A stretch of 64,000 nucleotides of DNA from Takakia lepidozioides (taxonomy: Eukaryota; Plantae; Bryophyta). Of this stretch, positions 26,780-40,291 are shown one piece after another. The stretch's first letter is position 1. Every line of letters starts with the position of its first letter. The notes beneath the pieces were generated by a model. That model was not told the origin of the DNA, ran no database searches, and saw nothing but the letters and a program-made list of their open reading frames with translations. Position numbers and translations under genes: made by a program. Location of the stretch: positions 63,240,001-63,304,000 of the forward strand of contig CM060731.1 of the NCBI GenBank assembly GCA_030704615.1. Reading direction: 5' to 3'.

Positions 26780-29700
26780 CACATCCTCTACATGGGCATT
26801 GCCTTCCAACAACTCTCCAGGCCAATTAACTGCAGTTGTAAAGGCGGCTAGTGTTGGCATCTTGCCCCGTTGGGCAGCCGTAATACCCCCAATGAATGTC
26901 ACAGGGAGCTGTGCACGACGACCATTCCCTGACTGCCATCCAGACCTGTAGGATGCTGACTCCTCCCAAAAGTCCAGGGTGAAGCCCATGGGATATAACA
27001 CTGCCCCACCAACGAGGACATCGTAAGAGACCGCAACTGTCACAATGGCCTTGGCTCGCATCACTGAGCCATCTACAGGATGATCCGGTTGTAGTCTAAT
27101 GGCCAACTCACGCCGTGTCATGCCCCGAGCCTGCTCTGATCCTCCCAGAGATGTCTTTATCTGGAAATGACAAGGCTCCATATCCGCCTCCATGAGGTTC
27201 AAACCTGCAATAGCAGCTCTGCCCAACATCAGTGGCTGAGCTCCCGAGTCCAACAAGATCCGCAGTGGCCGATACTTCTTGCCTGCCGGTCCACTCAAAG
27301 TGAAAATGTCATCCTGGTTGTCTAACAAGACAACTCCAGGTGTCACCATGGCGCGCTCAAAGGCTGGCCTAGCTGGCAGCTCCGTGAACCTGGCAGCTGC
27401 AGCTTGCCATGGCGCAGCCGTGACAGTCTTGACCCTCAAATCCGAGGATCCCCCTGACCTTACATCTTCCACTAACTCCGCAAAAGATGAAGTGACCTCC
27501 TCACTCTCACAGAGTGTTGCTGCTAGTCTGAACACTGCAGCTGGTCTTACCCCCGGTGTCGCAATCATGGTTGCCGAGAACAGTGGGGCTTGACACACAG
27601 AGGTGGCTGCTCCCAATAACACATCGGCTGCACTAGCCTTGGTAGCAGGTGTCAGTATTGCACGTGTAGCTCTCCCCAATGGCATAGTAACCTCTGCCTC
27701 AGTAACAGTCGGACGAAAACTAGGTGCCATAGATGGCGTCGACACAGTCTCCGCCAATGTGAATGACTGAGGAAGCCTCGCCTAACGGCTTATCTCCCCA
27801 CGCTGTGGATCCAATTCCACCTCTGCACCTCGTGGCTCAGGAACTCGTACTGCTCCTCGAGTCACGGCTGCAGCAGACTCCACCTGCACTAGTGGTAGTG
27901 CTGCTTCGCACATGAATCCCATGCCTCCCATATCTCCTCCCTCAGGAGCAGGAGGTGGACCATCCCGCCTGGGAGCCGGTACCACCTGAGCTGTAGCCAT
28001 GGCAGTGAGCCTCTGCTCTAGCTGCTGAAGCCGGTTGGCCATGCCTTGGTCAACACCCTGACCTCCGCGTCCTTGGCCATGTTGGGCTTGCCCTTGGCCT
28101 GCACCTCGTGCCCGGCCACCTCGTCCTCTCTGGGCTGGTCCACCTCGCCCCCGGCCACCATTGTTCCCTTGGAACTGGCCTGGGCGCAACTCAGGATGCA
28201 AGTCATAATACTGGGCATCTCCATGCCCATACTTGCCACAATGCCCACACTGCAATTGTGTAGGCTGTGCTTGTGCCGGCCTTCTGCCACTCTCTGGGCA
28301 ATCTCTCTTGACATGGGGTCCTCCACATGTCCAACATATCACCTCTGGTTGCTATTGGCCTGCAAAAGATGCCACGGGCCTCTGCACCTGAGGTCCCCTG
28401 TAAGCTCCATGTAACTTGGGTTGGGAAACCTTGCCCCCCTGACCACGCTGTTGGGCAGTCATTTGTGCCTGTGGGCTGGCAGCTGCGCCTCGTGCAGGCA
28501 TGTCTTTGCCAAATCCAATGGTAACAACTCGCTCTTCCACTATGTTGAGCTCAATCCGCTCAACCAGCAGAAACATATCTGCTAATGTGGGTTGGGCTGC
28601 TTGTAACAGGGTTGCATCCCGCACCCTTCTCCTGAGCTCCTTGTCCAAAATTCCATACCAGAACTGGATTGCCTGAGCTTCAGTAACCCCTTGGGTCACA
28701 CTTATCAAGCGCCTCATACGAGTGTACGCCTCTCGCAGGCTCTCATTGGGTTTGCGCTGGAAGTCCTGCAAACTTCGCAGCTTCTCTGTCCGTACACCTT
28801 GGTAATTCCTCCGCAACTCCTGGAAGAACTCCACCACCGGGTTGAATCTAGGCACATGTGTTGTAGTCGTGGCAGGAGGAGTAGTAGCACCTTTTGAACT
28901 GGTACCACCTGCAGAAGTACCGGCACTACTTGTTCCACTACTAGTACTAGCAGTGGGAGATATTGGTATTGATGCAGCTATTGGTCGCATCGTGCCTCGA
29001 GTAATGGAGACGTAGTCAGGTGACCAATACATCCTCCACTCCTCAATCTTTGCTTCATGTCCTTGCCTGAACTCGTGGTAATCGTCCATAGGCGGGCCTT
29101 CCAAATGCTGGAACAGTCCCTTCCACGCCATGAATGAGGTGAATAGCTGTGGATTGCGCATCTGCTGCAAATCACACCAGCTGTCGAACTCCTGAATAAA
29201 GTCATCCAACTCGATTATGCCCACAGCTCCAGAGTACCTACGAGGCCCCTTGGTAGCTCCATACATCTCCTCCATGTCGTCCCACAACAATGGCGAATGA
29301 AACTGCACACATGTTGATGAAGCCTCCGAATCTGTGTTTGACTCTGCACTAGTTGAGGGTGAAGGTGAAGGTGGTCTGAAACGAACACCTCGTCTGGTGA
29401 ACCCACTCTCACTGCTACTGTCTGTAGCCGTACTCCCCTCAGAACCCCTGGATAACTCCGTGATGACACTCACAATGTGCACCTCCCCCACGTGACACTA
29501 TAAGGCTCTATTACTAATTCTAATAGTGACACGGGTAGGCACCTGTTGCAGTTTAAGGGTCATATCCCACTGGCTCAGGGCACCTGCACCTGCATCCACC
29601 GCAAGAACTCCTATGGTTGGCTGGTCATCAACCCAGTCTCACCATAGAAGAAACACTGGTGGTCTTGCTGGTCATCACTCCAGCCTCACCACCGACAACA

Positions 29701-29870
29701 TACTCTAGGATTGACCGGTGATCAAATCCGGCCTAATCCCTATGAAAGCAAGCGCCCACACAAAACCAACATGGCGCACAGTCAAGCATGCAGGTGTTGG
29801 GGGGGATCCAAACACAAGAAATCAAAACATCAACACCCCCACACCAAAATCCATCTGCAGTGCTGACCTG
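26780..29870 (-). mobile_element. Ty3/Gypsy-type retroelement, copy 1 (leader block, gag, aspartic protease), truncated before the methyltransferase
   Basis: Gag MEEMYGATKGPRRYSGAVG..FQRKPNESLREAYTRMRRL, zinc knuckles CWTCGGPHVKRDC and CGHCGKYGH, protease LLDSGAQ; colinear with 57520-60545. Confidence 0.9.
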
Positions 29871-30078
29871 GCCTCCACCAAGAGAGGCTTTGGCAACTAC
29901 AAATACAAGGTAATGAAAATAGTACAGAGATGGAAGGGAAGAATAGAAGCCCGACCCAGCAAGATCTAATCCTGATCTATGCTATCAACTGCCAGACTTC
30001 TCTCAAAGTGCCTCGCTCTGCATGATAGTAAGGTGTAGGAGGTATATCTATGTCCAGAAACCTGCCACTAACCTTGTC

Positions 30079-30727
30079 TCAAGCTACAGTAGCTCGCTCT
30101 AACCAACCCTCCTCCTCTTTCTTCCAGGTAGAGACAAAGCAATACTCCCTTATCTCCTGCTCACTGAACACTAAAGAAAACAAAGGTAGGGTCTGATAGT
30201 CTCTCAACTCGAAAACTTTGAGACGATTGCGGGTGTCCTCATTACGGATGACTGCATCTCCTTCAAGCAAAAACAAATTTGTCATTGCTAATGAACCCCC
30301 GCTCGTGATTGCCTTGTGCAGAGTGTGTCCGGCTGCAACCATGTCTGATTGCACAAACTTGTGTAGCTCCTGCTCCTTTGCTCCAGTACACCACGGCCTT
30401 GTGGCTGAACACCTTGGTACCCGGGGCTGTCTTGAGCTGTGTTCCAAGCCTAGCTTTCACCCACTTTGGTATTTCACCTACAACTGCAGAACTGCTGGCT
30501 CCAACAGAGTTCTGACTGTCCAAAGCGATATTGAGGCCCTCAACGCCAACTACAGCAATTTGTTGTCTACTGCTAATGCCTGACTCCCAGTATGCAATCA
30601 ACTCGTCCAACTGTTCTCCACTCAAATCAGTCTGAGTTCCTTGGGAAACATAAATCCTGTCCCTTTGTGTGCACAGGCTAAGAGAAGAGACCTGCCCTTC
30701 AATTACGTCATCATTTCCCCCAGCCAT
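30079..30727 (-). other. Frameshifted ORF pair of unknown function
   Basis: Two overlapping ORFs (154 aa and 122 aa) that could join by one frameshift; no motif recognised. Confidence 0.25.
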
Positions 30728-31687
30728 ACAAGGAGGACATCCACAGATTTGTCTCTCATATAGACCAGAACAGGTTCTAGAAACAGAATTGTGGGTCTTT
30801 CACGGCACACTCACGCTCTAAAAATTCCATAGATTTTTAGCAGAGTCCCAAAAACTAAAACCAGGTCGAGATAGGTAGATTTCCCCTTTCTGCAGCTATC
30901 CCCTCAAAAACTGAGTCAAACCGTAGCCCATTTGACAAAGATATGACCAACCAGGCTCTTTAAACATTTAAATTAGATCAAAAAGGTTTTTTATTTTATT
31001 TTTTTAACACCAAAACGTTCTCACCATTAAAAACTGTTCCCAGATTATCTACGGGTTCCGAACAGGTAGTTCTATGCTGTTTTGGGGTCGCCTCGCCATT
31101 ACCATGGAGCAGCTCGATTTGTTAAACTCCAATCGGTACTTATCACTGCTGACTCTCAGGTCGTTTCCTGTAAGTTCCAGCTTGCATGGAGGGAGATTGG
31201 TGGCAGCCTGCACTTCAACTCGATTGCCAGACCATGTCTTGAGGTCTATGTTACACTCTCCACCCTTTCTTCCACTGATTACTTTGATGCTTGATTTCAA
31301 TGATTGATCACGCATCCAATCCGTCTGTTGCTCTGTGACCAGTATGGGGCCGACTGATCTTGTTTCCTCCTGAATCGCTCATATATCTCCGAAACTCACA
31401 CTTACTCCACTCTCAGCCTTGATCTGTTGATGTGACCTTTTGTGTGCCGTATCTGTAGGTCATTTGTTCCTCCAAAAATCGTGCAGTTGAGTAATCTGTG
31501 TGATCTGCAACTGGTCTGATTTCCACACACTTGGAGCATTGGCCAATTAGAGCATGACGAGTTCCTTCAGCCCTTCTTCCCTGCTACAAGACCTGACGGG
31601 CGAGAAGGTCAGCTCCTATCACATTATCAATTACCCAAGGGTACCAAAGTGGGCCCAGTATCTGGCCTCTCTGTAACGCCACATCAC

Positions 31688-31880
31688 ATAGTCATCAGGC
31701 AGTTCCCTGGCCCGGGCTCGGAGCTCCGTTACCTCATCAAAGAAACTTTCCGATGAAGCTTCAGGAAGGAAGTCCTGGGGTTGCCAGCACTTGTCTACGG
31801 GCTTCAAAAAGGGTAGCAAATTCTCTTGCGCCCAGTTGTCCAAGGAACCGATAACCCTTCAATTTCTCAATGGGGATCTC
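31688..31880 (-). pseudogene. Fragment of stearoyl-ACP desaturase (SAD/FAB2 family)
   Basis: [52 protein letters not shown] is the diagnostic SAD N-terminal segment; isolated, no further exons. Confidence 0.85.
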
Positions 31881-32229
31881 TCGAGCACTTTCTTTGTTCC
31901 ACTCTTGGTAGGGTGTGAGAACTTTGCGAGGTCCAGGGTTCACAGCTAGATTTGTCTTCCTGTGACAACGTAAGGCCACGGTGCACTATGATAGACATAA
32001 TGAGCATGACGGGACTGAGGCAATATAGCTCGAAGTTAGCTAGAATAACTCCCTACTAGTAGAAACACCACCAGCGTGAATAACTCGGCATAAGGGCCCC
32101 GCAGCAGTGCTCACAGGCACGTACCCGCTTTAACCTAGCTTGTGTGTTAAGTTTCAATTCTGCCAGCGTCTTCACAAGGGACATGCACAACCCCATGAAG
32201 TTAAAACGACGACTCTAAGTTTAGGGTAC

Positions 32230-32304
32230 GCCGAATCCAAGTGTTAAATACAAATAACTAGCTTTATTCTAGTTAGTTTCACACTGTGCTTATTTAACTT
32301 GACA
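32230..32304 (-). mobile_element. LTR-like 5' terminus related to 54701
   Basis: Minus strand begins TGTCAAGTTA..AGTGTGAAACTA.CTAG..ATA.AGCTAG, like 54701-54775; same orientation and similar distance to gag as in copy 2. Confidence 0.55.
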
Positions 32305-32769
32305 AAGGAACGGGGCTTCAATTCTTTCAAGCTGGGCGTTACTCTTTCAGCTGGCTTGCTCTAACTTAGTGCTTGGAAAAGCCCAGCGCTTGAAGTGCCT
32401 GGCCGTGGCATGGAGCAGGACGTGAGTGGGGATCGTCTTTATGCAATTCTCACAAGCAGGGCTGTACAGGGCCACTCTAACACAAGTAACCAGGGTTTGC
32501 GGAATTTGAGGTCCAATTGGGTGTAATCAAGTCGCCAAGAATGTTGGGTTTCCAACACTGGGTCTGTACGAAGATTATATTTCTGGGACAATCATTGACA
32601 ATGCAGTCTTAGTCTAGCTTTTGATTTTCGAGTTAGTAAATTCGATACAGCTCTAGTCTGTAGTCTGGCCTTCATGAGCCAATTATTGAATTTGGGGATG
32701 GATTCAGTCCCTTCTTGAGTGATGAATTGAAAGAGGAAGCAGCTATATTGAGGAGCTTGCTGTTTGGCT

Positions 32770-35700
32770 ATGGCGGACGCCCTTTCCGCTTGCCTGGTTT
32801 TGGGTTTCTTGCTGCTGCCAGTGTTGAATGCCACACCGCTGGACGACTACGTCCTTAAAGGGGACCCTAATTACAGGTTTCCTGCTTCATTTTTCCATCA
32901 TCTTCTGTGTTTCTTACTATTTTAGGAACCTCATGGAAAGAGAACCGGTGTTTTTTTTCAGCACATCCGGGGGTAAAAGAGAGAGACAGAGACATAGATC
33001 CGCTCATAGTTTTGAGTCCTTCACCGCAGGGTGCAGGCCTCCTATTCTCGTGTAAGACTTCTGTACATCTTATATTTGTGTGAGTCATGTGGCCAGTTTT
33101 GAGAAAATGGACAAAACTGCCGGTTTTACTCAGGTTTGTTGAGATGTAAACAGGAAATTCCTTTTAGCCCATTGTTTCAAGCAGTTTCGGTTCTTCTGTA
33201 GAGTTTCTTCCCCTCAGAGACTAGGAACAAATTCCCTGGGTTTACCCCACTTATTCTATCGTTGATGTTTTCTATACTATTGTTGCCTAAGGCTGCTCAT
33301 AAGAGCAATTCAGCAAACGGAACAAGTACCACCCCAGAATAACTGTTCAATGATACTCTAAAGTAACACATTACAACAGCATGAGTTGGGAATGAAGTGA
33401 TTCAACAGCAATATATTAATGGCATGATTTCTTCAAATTATCTGTTGAATCCTGTTCCACTGTGAGTTCAGAACTTTATCCAAACTTCGCAGCCTGGTGA
33501 TGGTATTAAGCAGTACTGTGGTTTTTCAGCTGGTATGACACTGGCAGTCGAATCACAGGGTGTTTTCTCACAGGCAGATGGAAGGGGGTGGTGCTCAACA
33601 TGACCAGCCAGTCGTGGCTGTCTTCTTCAGAAGTTGACTGCTCCATCTGGACACACCATCTTGTAATTGTGGTAAGTTTCTATTATCCACATGTGAAAAC
33701 TTGACAACTTTGTCTATTGTCTTCTGTTATCTCAAACCATAACCTACCAGCTACAATCAATCTTTGTCTCTCAAACATGTGCAGCTGCTTACCGGTGAAC
33801 ATCTATGACAGTGCTAGGATAACTATCACTCTTGAAGGCAGGGTTCAGGCCGAAGATAGGCCTTCTCTGATCGTCAGCCCGCCTACATTTCCTCCTTTGC
33901 AAGACTATCACAGGCCAAGGCTTTGGGTTCCGATGCAGTTTCCATGCTTTTTGTCTTGGGGTCGTTCTCTGAAAGATAGTTACGGTAGCACTGAGTGGCT
34001 TTTTAAGATTAGTCATTCATTACTCCCTCCAGCCACACATAGGTGAATCTGCAAGTGTAAAGTGCCCTTTGTAGTCCGTCTATCTTGACAAGCCAAGCCG
34101 ATGACCTCCCAATTATTCAATACATTCATGCAGCCGTATGTGTTTATCATGCACTTGCAAGGATAGAGATCCCTTCAATCCCCAGGGACTAAAGCAGATA
34201 TAATGGACCATTCACATTCTCTTTTGGGTTTGTGATGAAGACTCCCAAAACAATTCTTTATGAAAGGACAGCGTTTCTGTTGATAGCTGGAAGCAGCAAC
34301 ACCGATGGTCCACCTACTGCTAGAGATGAGCTCTTGTTGCTGGCTGCTGGGTAAGTGATTCTGCCTGGGAGAAAATGACATTTTTAGGAAGTACGTATTC
34401 TTCAGGGATTCTTAGTGAGTGAACTTTTTGAAGGAGTCGGAAACTCTTACATTTTTGTGGGACGTAGTAATTGAACCCTTCAGGTATGAAGTTAAGGGCT
34501 ACAGCTTGTACAGGAGCATAAAGCAAGCTCTTTGATGGGCCAGATTGGCTGTGAAGACAAAGACGTTGGCAGCAGTGCTTTATCAAGCGCCCAACCAGCC
34601 CTGCCGTTTCTCGAGTGACGGGTGGAGGCTTCGTTCCGAAGACGATTTTGTTGCTTGTAAGGTCTTTGCGCTGGATGTCCTATGTTTATCTTTATTCACT
34701 ACCAATGTCTGAGTGAACTGAAGACCATCCAGAGGTTGTGTCTCCCTAGATCTGTCCTTGAACCCCAATGGCCCCCCACAGACCCAATTTCTTCCTTTCT
34801 TCCAACCAGGAAATTGAAACTGAATAACACTTCTTCTTTTATTGCCTATATATTACGAGATCCGTGGCAAATTCCACTGTCTATTCCGTGGAACTCAAAT
34901 CTCTCACTGAAGTCTTTGACGATCAGTAATGCTTGGCAGCTTACCTGCATGAGGCCTTGACCCTTAGACAATCCCTTGAGCAGTAGTTGCTTTTGGGCTG
35001 TTTTTTGTCTCTGGTTTTGTTTCCTCTCTCTTGTTATTTCCATTTTGTCCTGTTAGCTTTTTGAGCTTTCCGCGGACTTTATAAAGTACCATTTCATTTC
35101 ATTTCCTTTCTCTTTTTGTTCTCCTTTTCTCTCTTGTTTTGACCCCTCCTTGGCTGAGATATTGTTCTTATGCTGTGCTTATGGTAGCAGCCAAGATTTG
35201 TAGGGATCCAAGAAAGGCCAAAGCTTTACTATTGGGTATACTGGTGTTCATCAGATGCACCCTCATACATAGGGTCAACTCGCTTCATTTCATGTACTGA
35301 CCGAAACACGGTTGTTCTGGAGGTGGCATGCAGACACATGGGCACATTACTTACAAAATCCAGAGAAGGTGGAATTGCCAGCACAGTTGCCAATGACCAA
35401 GGCTGCCATCCGTGCCATGGATACTATACAAGACTATGCCTCTCAGCAGCTCAATTTGAAGGTGTTTTCAAGCCCCTCTATCCCTTTATGACAGTGATTC
35501 TGGTTCTCTAATTGCATAATTGTTTCCTCTATGCTTCGTCGCAGTTCAACAAATCTGAGATCTGTTTCATTGGGGCAATGGTTGCAGGTGGAGTCATTTG
35601 TCGTGGCAGGTGCAAGCAAACGAGGCTGGACAACCTGGTTAGCTGCTGCGGTGGACAATGTACTACCTTGCCCCCCTTGTCCCTCTCAGAGCTCTTGCAC

Positions 35701-38700
35701 TGGTTGAAGTCCCATACTCAGACACTGCTTGATCTCTTTTTGTCCTCTCTATTACCCTTGGTGAGAGTTTGCCAATTAATCTTGATGGTGTAAGCCTTAG
35801 TGTTCCACTGGTGCGAAGTTCAAATTGCTGTTGAAATTGGGGAAGAGTGTTTACACAAGCTCCTTAGCTGTTTTAAATCTAGAAAATGAAATAAATCTGA
35901 AAAATTATCAGTGATGTTAATCTGTGAAAAATAATAGGGCTACTTTTCCACAGCTCCAGTGGTGGAAGAATACAGAAAAAGTGATACGTGCTCCTTTTCC
36001 CATGTGATCTCTGACCCATCCAAGTTTTGAGCTATCTACTTTCAGGTAGAGCAGATTATCATATTTGTTTTGGAAATTTTTGCAGCGCGTTGCAGCGATA
36101 GTGCCCATGGTGATGGATGCACTGCAATTTGTAAGAAATATGCATCATTTTTATCAGTCACTGGGTGGCTGGCCTTGGGCTTTTGAGCCTTACCACTCCT
36201 GCAATCTCACAGCCAATTTGGACACACCTGAGTTTCATCACCTCATGGTAAGTCCTGGAGGCAAATCACCCCTGAAAGTCTTTGCTGCCCCAATTTGTTA
36301 TGTTCAAATGTTCAATGAAACATGTAAGGAACATTTGTGGAAGACCTACCTTTTGCAACCCTCACCTTTTACTGAACATCATGCCAAACTTGAATAGGAG
36401 CTTCTGCTTTCACTTTAATATGTGAGTGTCTAGGGCAGGTTTGCAGAAATTTTTCCACCTTGACCTCTATGTTGATATAGGTGATTTTCTTATGAGAGTG
36501 TCTGACCTGCACGCACTTCATTGAAATCGATTGCCATCACCTTGGTATCTTAAGTCCCATTAGTTCTAAGAATTTGAATTCATCTCAAAAGGCCAAGGTA
36601 TTTATTCTTTGCCAGCAACACTGTTTCGTTTCTCAGAGTTTGCAGAGCTTTTAAGCCATTGTAAGTTGCGTCATCTGTATGCAGACATTTGTGGACCCGT
36701 ATGTCTATGTGGAGCGGCTCACCTTGCCCAAGCTTATTGTCACCTCTTCAAATGATGAATTTTTCCTGCTGGATGACAGGTATGTCATTCAACATATCCT
36801 TCCTTATATGAGGTACTCCAAGATTATCTGTCAACGAAAGAATTGTGCACTCCCCAGAGGTCCCAGGTGTTGTTTAGGATTTCTATGGAAGAGAATAACT
36901 ACCCTTTGTGACGTACTGTTCAAGTAGTAGCCACATTTGGTGCAGCACATCTTAACTATTTTGGTCTGTGCCTAACTTTACAGCTCTTTCTTCTGGAATG
37001 AACTGAAGGGTGAAAAACATTTTCTCATCCTGTCCAATACAGATCACAACCTCTTCACAGGCTTGCCTAAGGTGAAAGTTCCATTGCCATCTTGCTTCTT
37101 TACCTTGTTGTGTATGTAATCTCCTACTCTTGGGTGGGGTGTAGGATCATACTTCTCTGGTTCCATTGTTGTAGAACCAGCTTGTTTGGATGTTTTATTT
37201 TTCTCTTCAAAATTGTAACAGCAGCAGAGGTTGTATCAGAACCCCTTTGTATGATGTGGTTACATTTTGGTGAGGACTATTGGGAAACAATGTGGTGGGT
37301 GTGCAGCTGTTGGCAGCTGTAGAGGCTTTCCATTTGAGCATTGTGCTGGGTAATGAGAGAGGCAACCTGGGCCCAAAGGTTCCTGTAGATAGCAGCAGTA
37401 AGGTGACTGATGGGACTCCCTTTTGGGAAAGCTCTGGACAGACTAGGCAGTTCCAGTCTGCCAAATCCAGCACCCAACAAAGAGTGTACTCCATGGGTTT
37501 GTCAGAACGTCCTAACTTACGGATGCGACTCTCAGATTTATTAAGCCTTGCTAAGCCACTCGACCAATTACTAGCCCCACATATTCGGTGGCTGCAAGAG
37601 GTTGTGAATACCCCAAGCCCAGTACAGCCTGTGCTCGGTTGGAGTGACCGACCAGAGTACTGGTGGAAGATTGACAGAGATAAAGGAAGCCTGGAAGTAG
37701 CAGCAAACAGCAGACCATCCAAGGTCACTCTCTGGTATACATACACCAACCAGGGAAATACCAGGCGAGACTTTCGGTGGATTGCTGCGGATTTTGGAAA
37801 CTGGTATGCCTAAATTTCTTTGAATGAAGTCTCGACTGTTATCCCAGCATCTGTGCATCAATCACTGCCCAGTTCGCACCAGAAGTTAATCTCTACCTGT
37901 TGGTCCATGCTTTTATTGTCTGATAATGGTTGAGGTCTAGTCTCACCACGTACACGTTCCAGGTGTAAAGGAACATTGATAAGATATCTCACTAGGAGTG
38001 TTAAACATCTTTGAACATTCCCCCCCTTCAGACAGCGGAATTGAAGGTTGAAGGTTGTTGGGATCCATGTAGTCTGTCAAAGCTCCATTTTTGGCTTTCG
38101 TCTTCATTAACCTTGGTACTGTGCAGTTTACTTGACCCATTTTGATCAGTGCTTGGTTGCAGTTCGACCTTTCTGGTAGCAGGAAAATGCTTTCAGTCCA
38201 TCTTCTTCCACCACCGCAAGCTGAGACCTGTAGCTTTTAAAGCGACAAAAGATGGGAGCTTGAAGTATGTTGCAACAATTTCCTTGCCTCAGGTATGGGT
38301 CTTTGGTCTTGTGGCTAACTCCAAATCTTCACTCTGCGCTGTAAGTAAGGCTGTGAGCAGAAGCCTGTTCTGTGCTTATATGGGAATCACAACCTTTTAG
38401 TGCCATATTCTGCCGAAGGTTAATTGTTATATGAATTCTCCAGAGAAAGTAGCCGGATTATTGCCAGCACATATTGCTTTGAATCAATGTGTGCAATTGC
38501 TTCTGGTTAAGAAAAGGCGTACCACATCATGGACTTCATTAAAATCTTGTGCTAATCTCACATCACTTCCCACCAGGAAGGATATGGTGCATTTTTTATT
38601 GAGTTGAGATTCAAGGGCCCTCAGACACGCTCGCCATTCATATTCACTACAGAGGCTGTTATTGTTCCCAACACGTTCCCATTCCCCGATTGCAGTGGTG

Positions 38701-38726
38701 TTGTGTGCCGAGGTATTTTGGTTTGA
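32770..38726 (+). CDS. Secreted PqaA (PhoPQ-activated pathogenicity-related)/AprA-like alpha/beta-hydrolase; 12 exons: 32770-32876, 33530-33671, 34241-34350, 34544-34656, 35334-35461, 35588-35659, 36086-36247, 36685-36779, 36984-37071, 37307-37803, 38163-38292, 38577-38726
   Basis: Signal peptide, TPLDDYV, LNMTSQSWL, QAPNQP, EDDFVAYTW, LPMTKAAIRAMDTIQ, GASKRGWTTW, VDPYVY, NDEFFLLD, NTDH, RRDFRW, PNTFPFPDC. All introns are GT-AG and phase-compatible. Confidence 0.88.
34770..35105 (+). mobile_element. LINE 3' end in intron 4 of the PqaA-like gene
   Basis: Reverse-complement match to 25165-25450; ends in CATTTCATTTCATTT. Confidence 0.85.
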
Positions 38727-40291
38727 CAAAGTCAAGCTGCTAAATTTCCCTATAAGCCAGATCTACAGCATGGAGGTTCTTGAGACTGTAGAATGTCACG
38801 AGGGGGTGGAGGTGCAAGGTGCAAAGGAAAGTAAATTAACTTTATACGATCCACAGTATAAATGATCGCCACAAACTAGAAGGCTGCTATTGCACAAATT
38901 CCGCAGAGATGATCAAAGGGTAGTTAGCTGAATTTGCTCATAAAAGTAGAAACTAGTTTATAATGAATGGCCTTCAAGCCATAACAAGCAAATGTCTGGA
39001 GGCATGAGTGGTTTGTGGGTTGTTCTATGAGGGGTTTCTACAAGGGGTAACAGTTACTGAAAAGCTTGCCAAGGGTGGGGGTAGTCGTGTGAATCTCCTT
39101 GGAACTCCTGTTAATGAGAGTCTGAAACTTTTTGAGACGTCTTCTGACGTGTGCAAAATTGTTATGATAGATTTCAGGGTGGGTGAGATTTTCTAGAGGG
39201 TGTGGCATATCTTGTGGAGTTAATGTTGAATGCATGTTTAGAAACCAATTTTTCCAAGTTTCTCTCAACAGCCAAGGTTTTGAACCTGAAGTTTGTAAGG
39301 AACCACCAATCATCCATTGCTAGTGAGCTCTTTCCCAGCATTTCCAGCTAGTGTGAAGACTGTTGGGATAGCAGAAGCGACTCCCTGGCCGTTGGTAAGG
39401 GGTTGCTATGAAGAAGTCGCTATTTGGGGGCGTAAGACTGACCCTCTGGAGGTCGCTTAAGCCAATATGCACCCGCGCAATTGTGCACACATCACCTTCT
39501 ATTTGACCACCACCTTGTGCTCTGATAATTTTCTTCGGGGTTATGGGGGTTACACATACTTCCCACTTATAATCGCGAGCGTGGCCCACTCAGTTTTCCA
39601 GACGAGGAATACTAGTAAGCCCAGCCGCTATACTCCCTTTGACAAACTGAAGACGATCTGGGTGTGGGAAGTTCTTCTCAATCTTTCCAGGCCGTCCCCT
39701 GTTCACAGAAAAATGTGGAACGCCGAACTCCGACGAGCTTAGCAAGGTACCAACATTCAACCGTGTCTTAGCTTTAGCAATTATGGGCTGACTTCCACCT
39801 ATGCTGGGTAGACCTCACTACCATTTCCAGTCCATATGCCACAGGAAAGGGCAGCAAAAAAATTAACCAAGCAGGAGGCAACTTGGATCAAAAAAGAAAG
39901 AGCGGCGTCAAAGAAAGCATATGACACAGAGTGGACAAACAAGGTATTGGGGGAGTATAACGGTCGCCTGTAGGCACTAATGAAGTCGGGAGGGCCCTTG
40001 CACATGTCGTCATCCATGCATGGAAAATTCTGGGTCCTTTCATAGATAGATGCGCCGAATTCCACATTGGGAGGCAGGTATTTCTGGGCCCTATATGGCA
40101 TTACATGAGGGACCTACTGAGTACTCAACAGTACAACATTCTCAGGAAATGGTGGATGAACTGAGTAGCTACACGGATCAAAGACTTACATACATCTTCT
40201 CCATTGGGGGACTCAGCAAGTCAGCCCTCCTTTTTGTGTGGAGGTGGTCAATGCAACTCTTGCTTTTCTCAACAGCTGTGAGGGTTGGTTC

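Noticed and set aside
38800-40120. Possible L1-like remnant
   Set aside because: No diagnostic RT or endonuclease motif could be read
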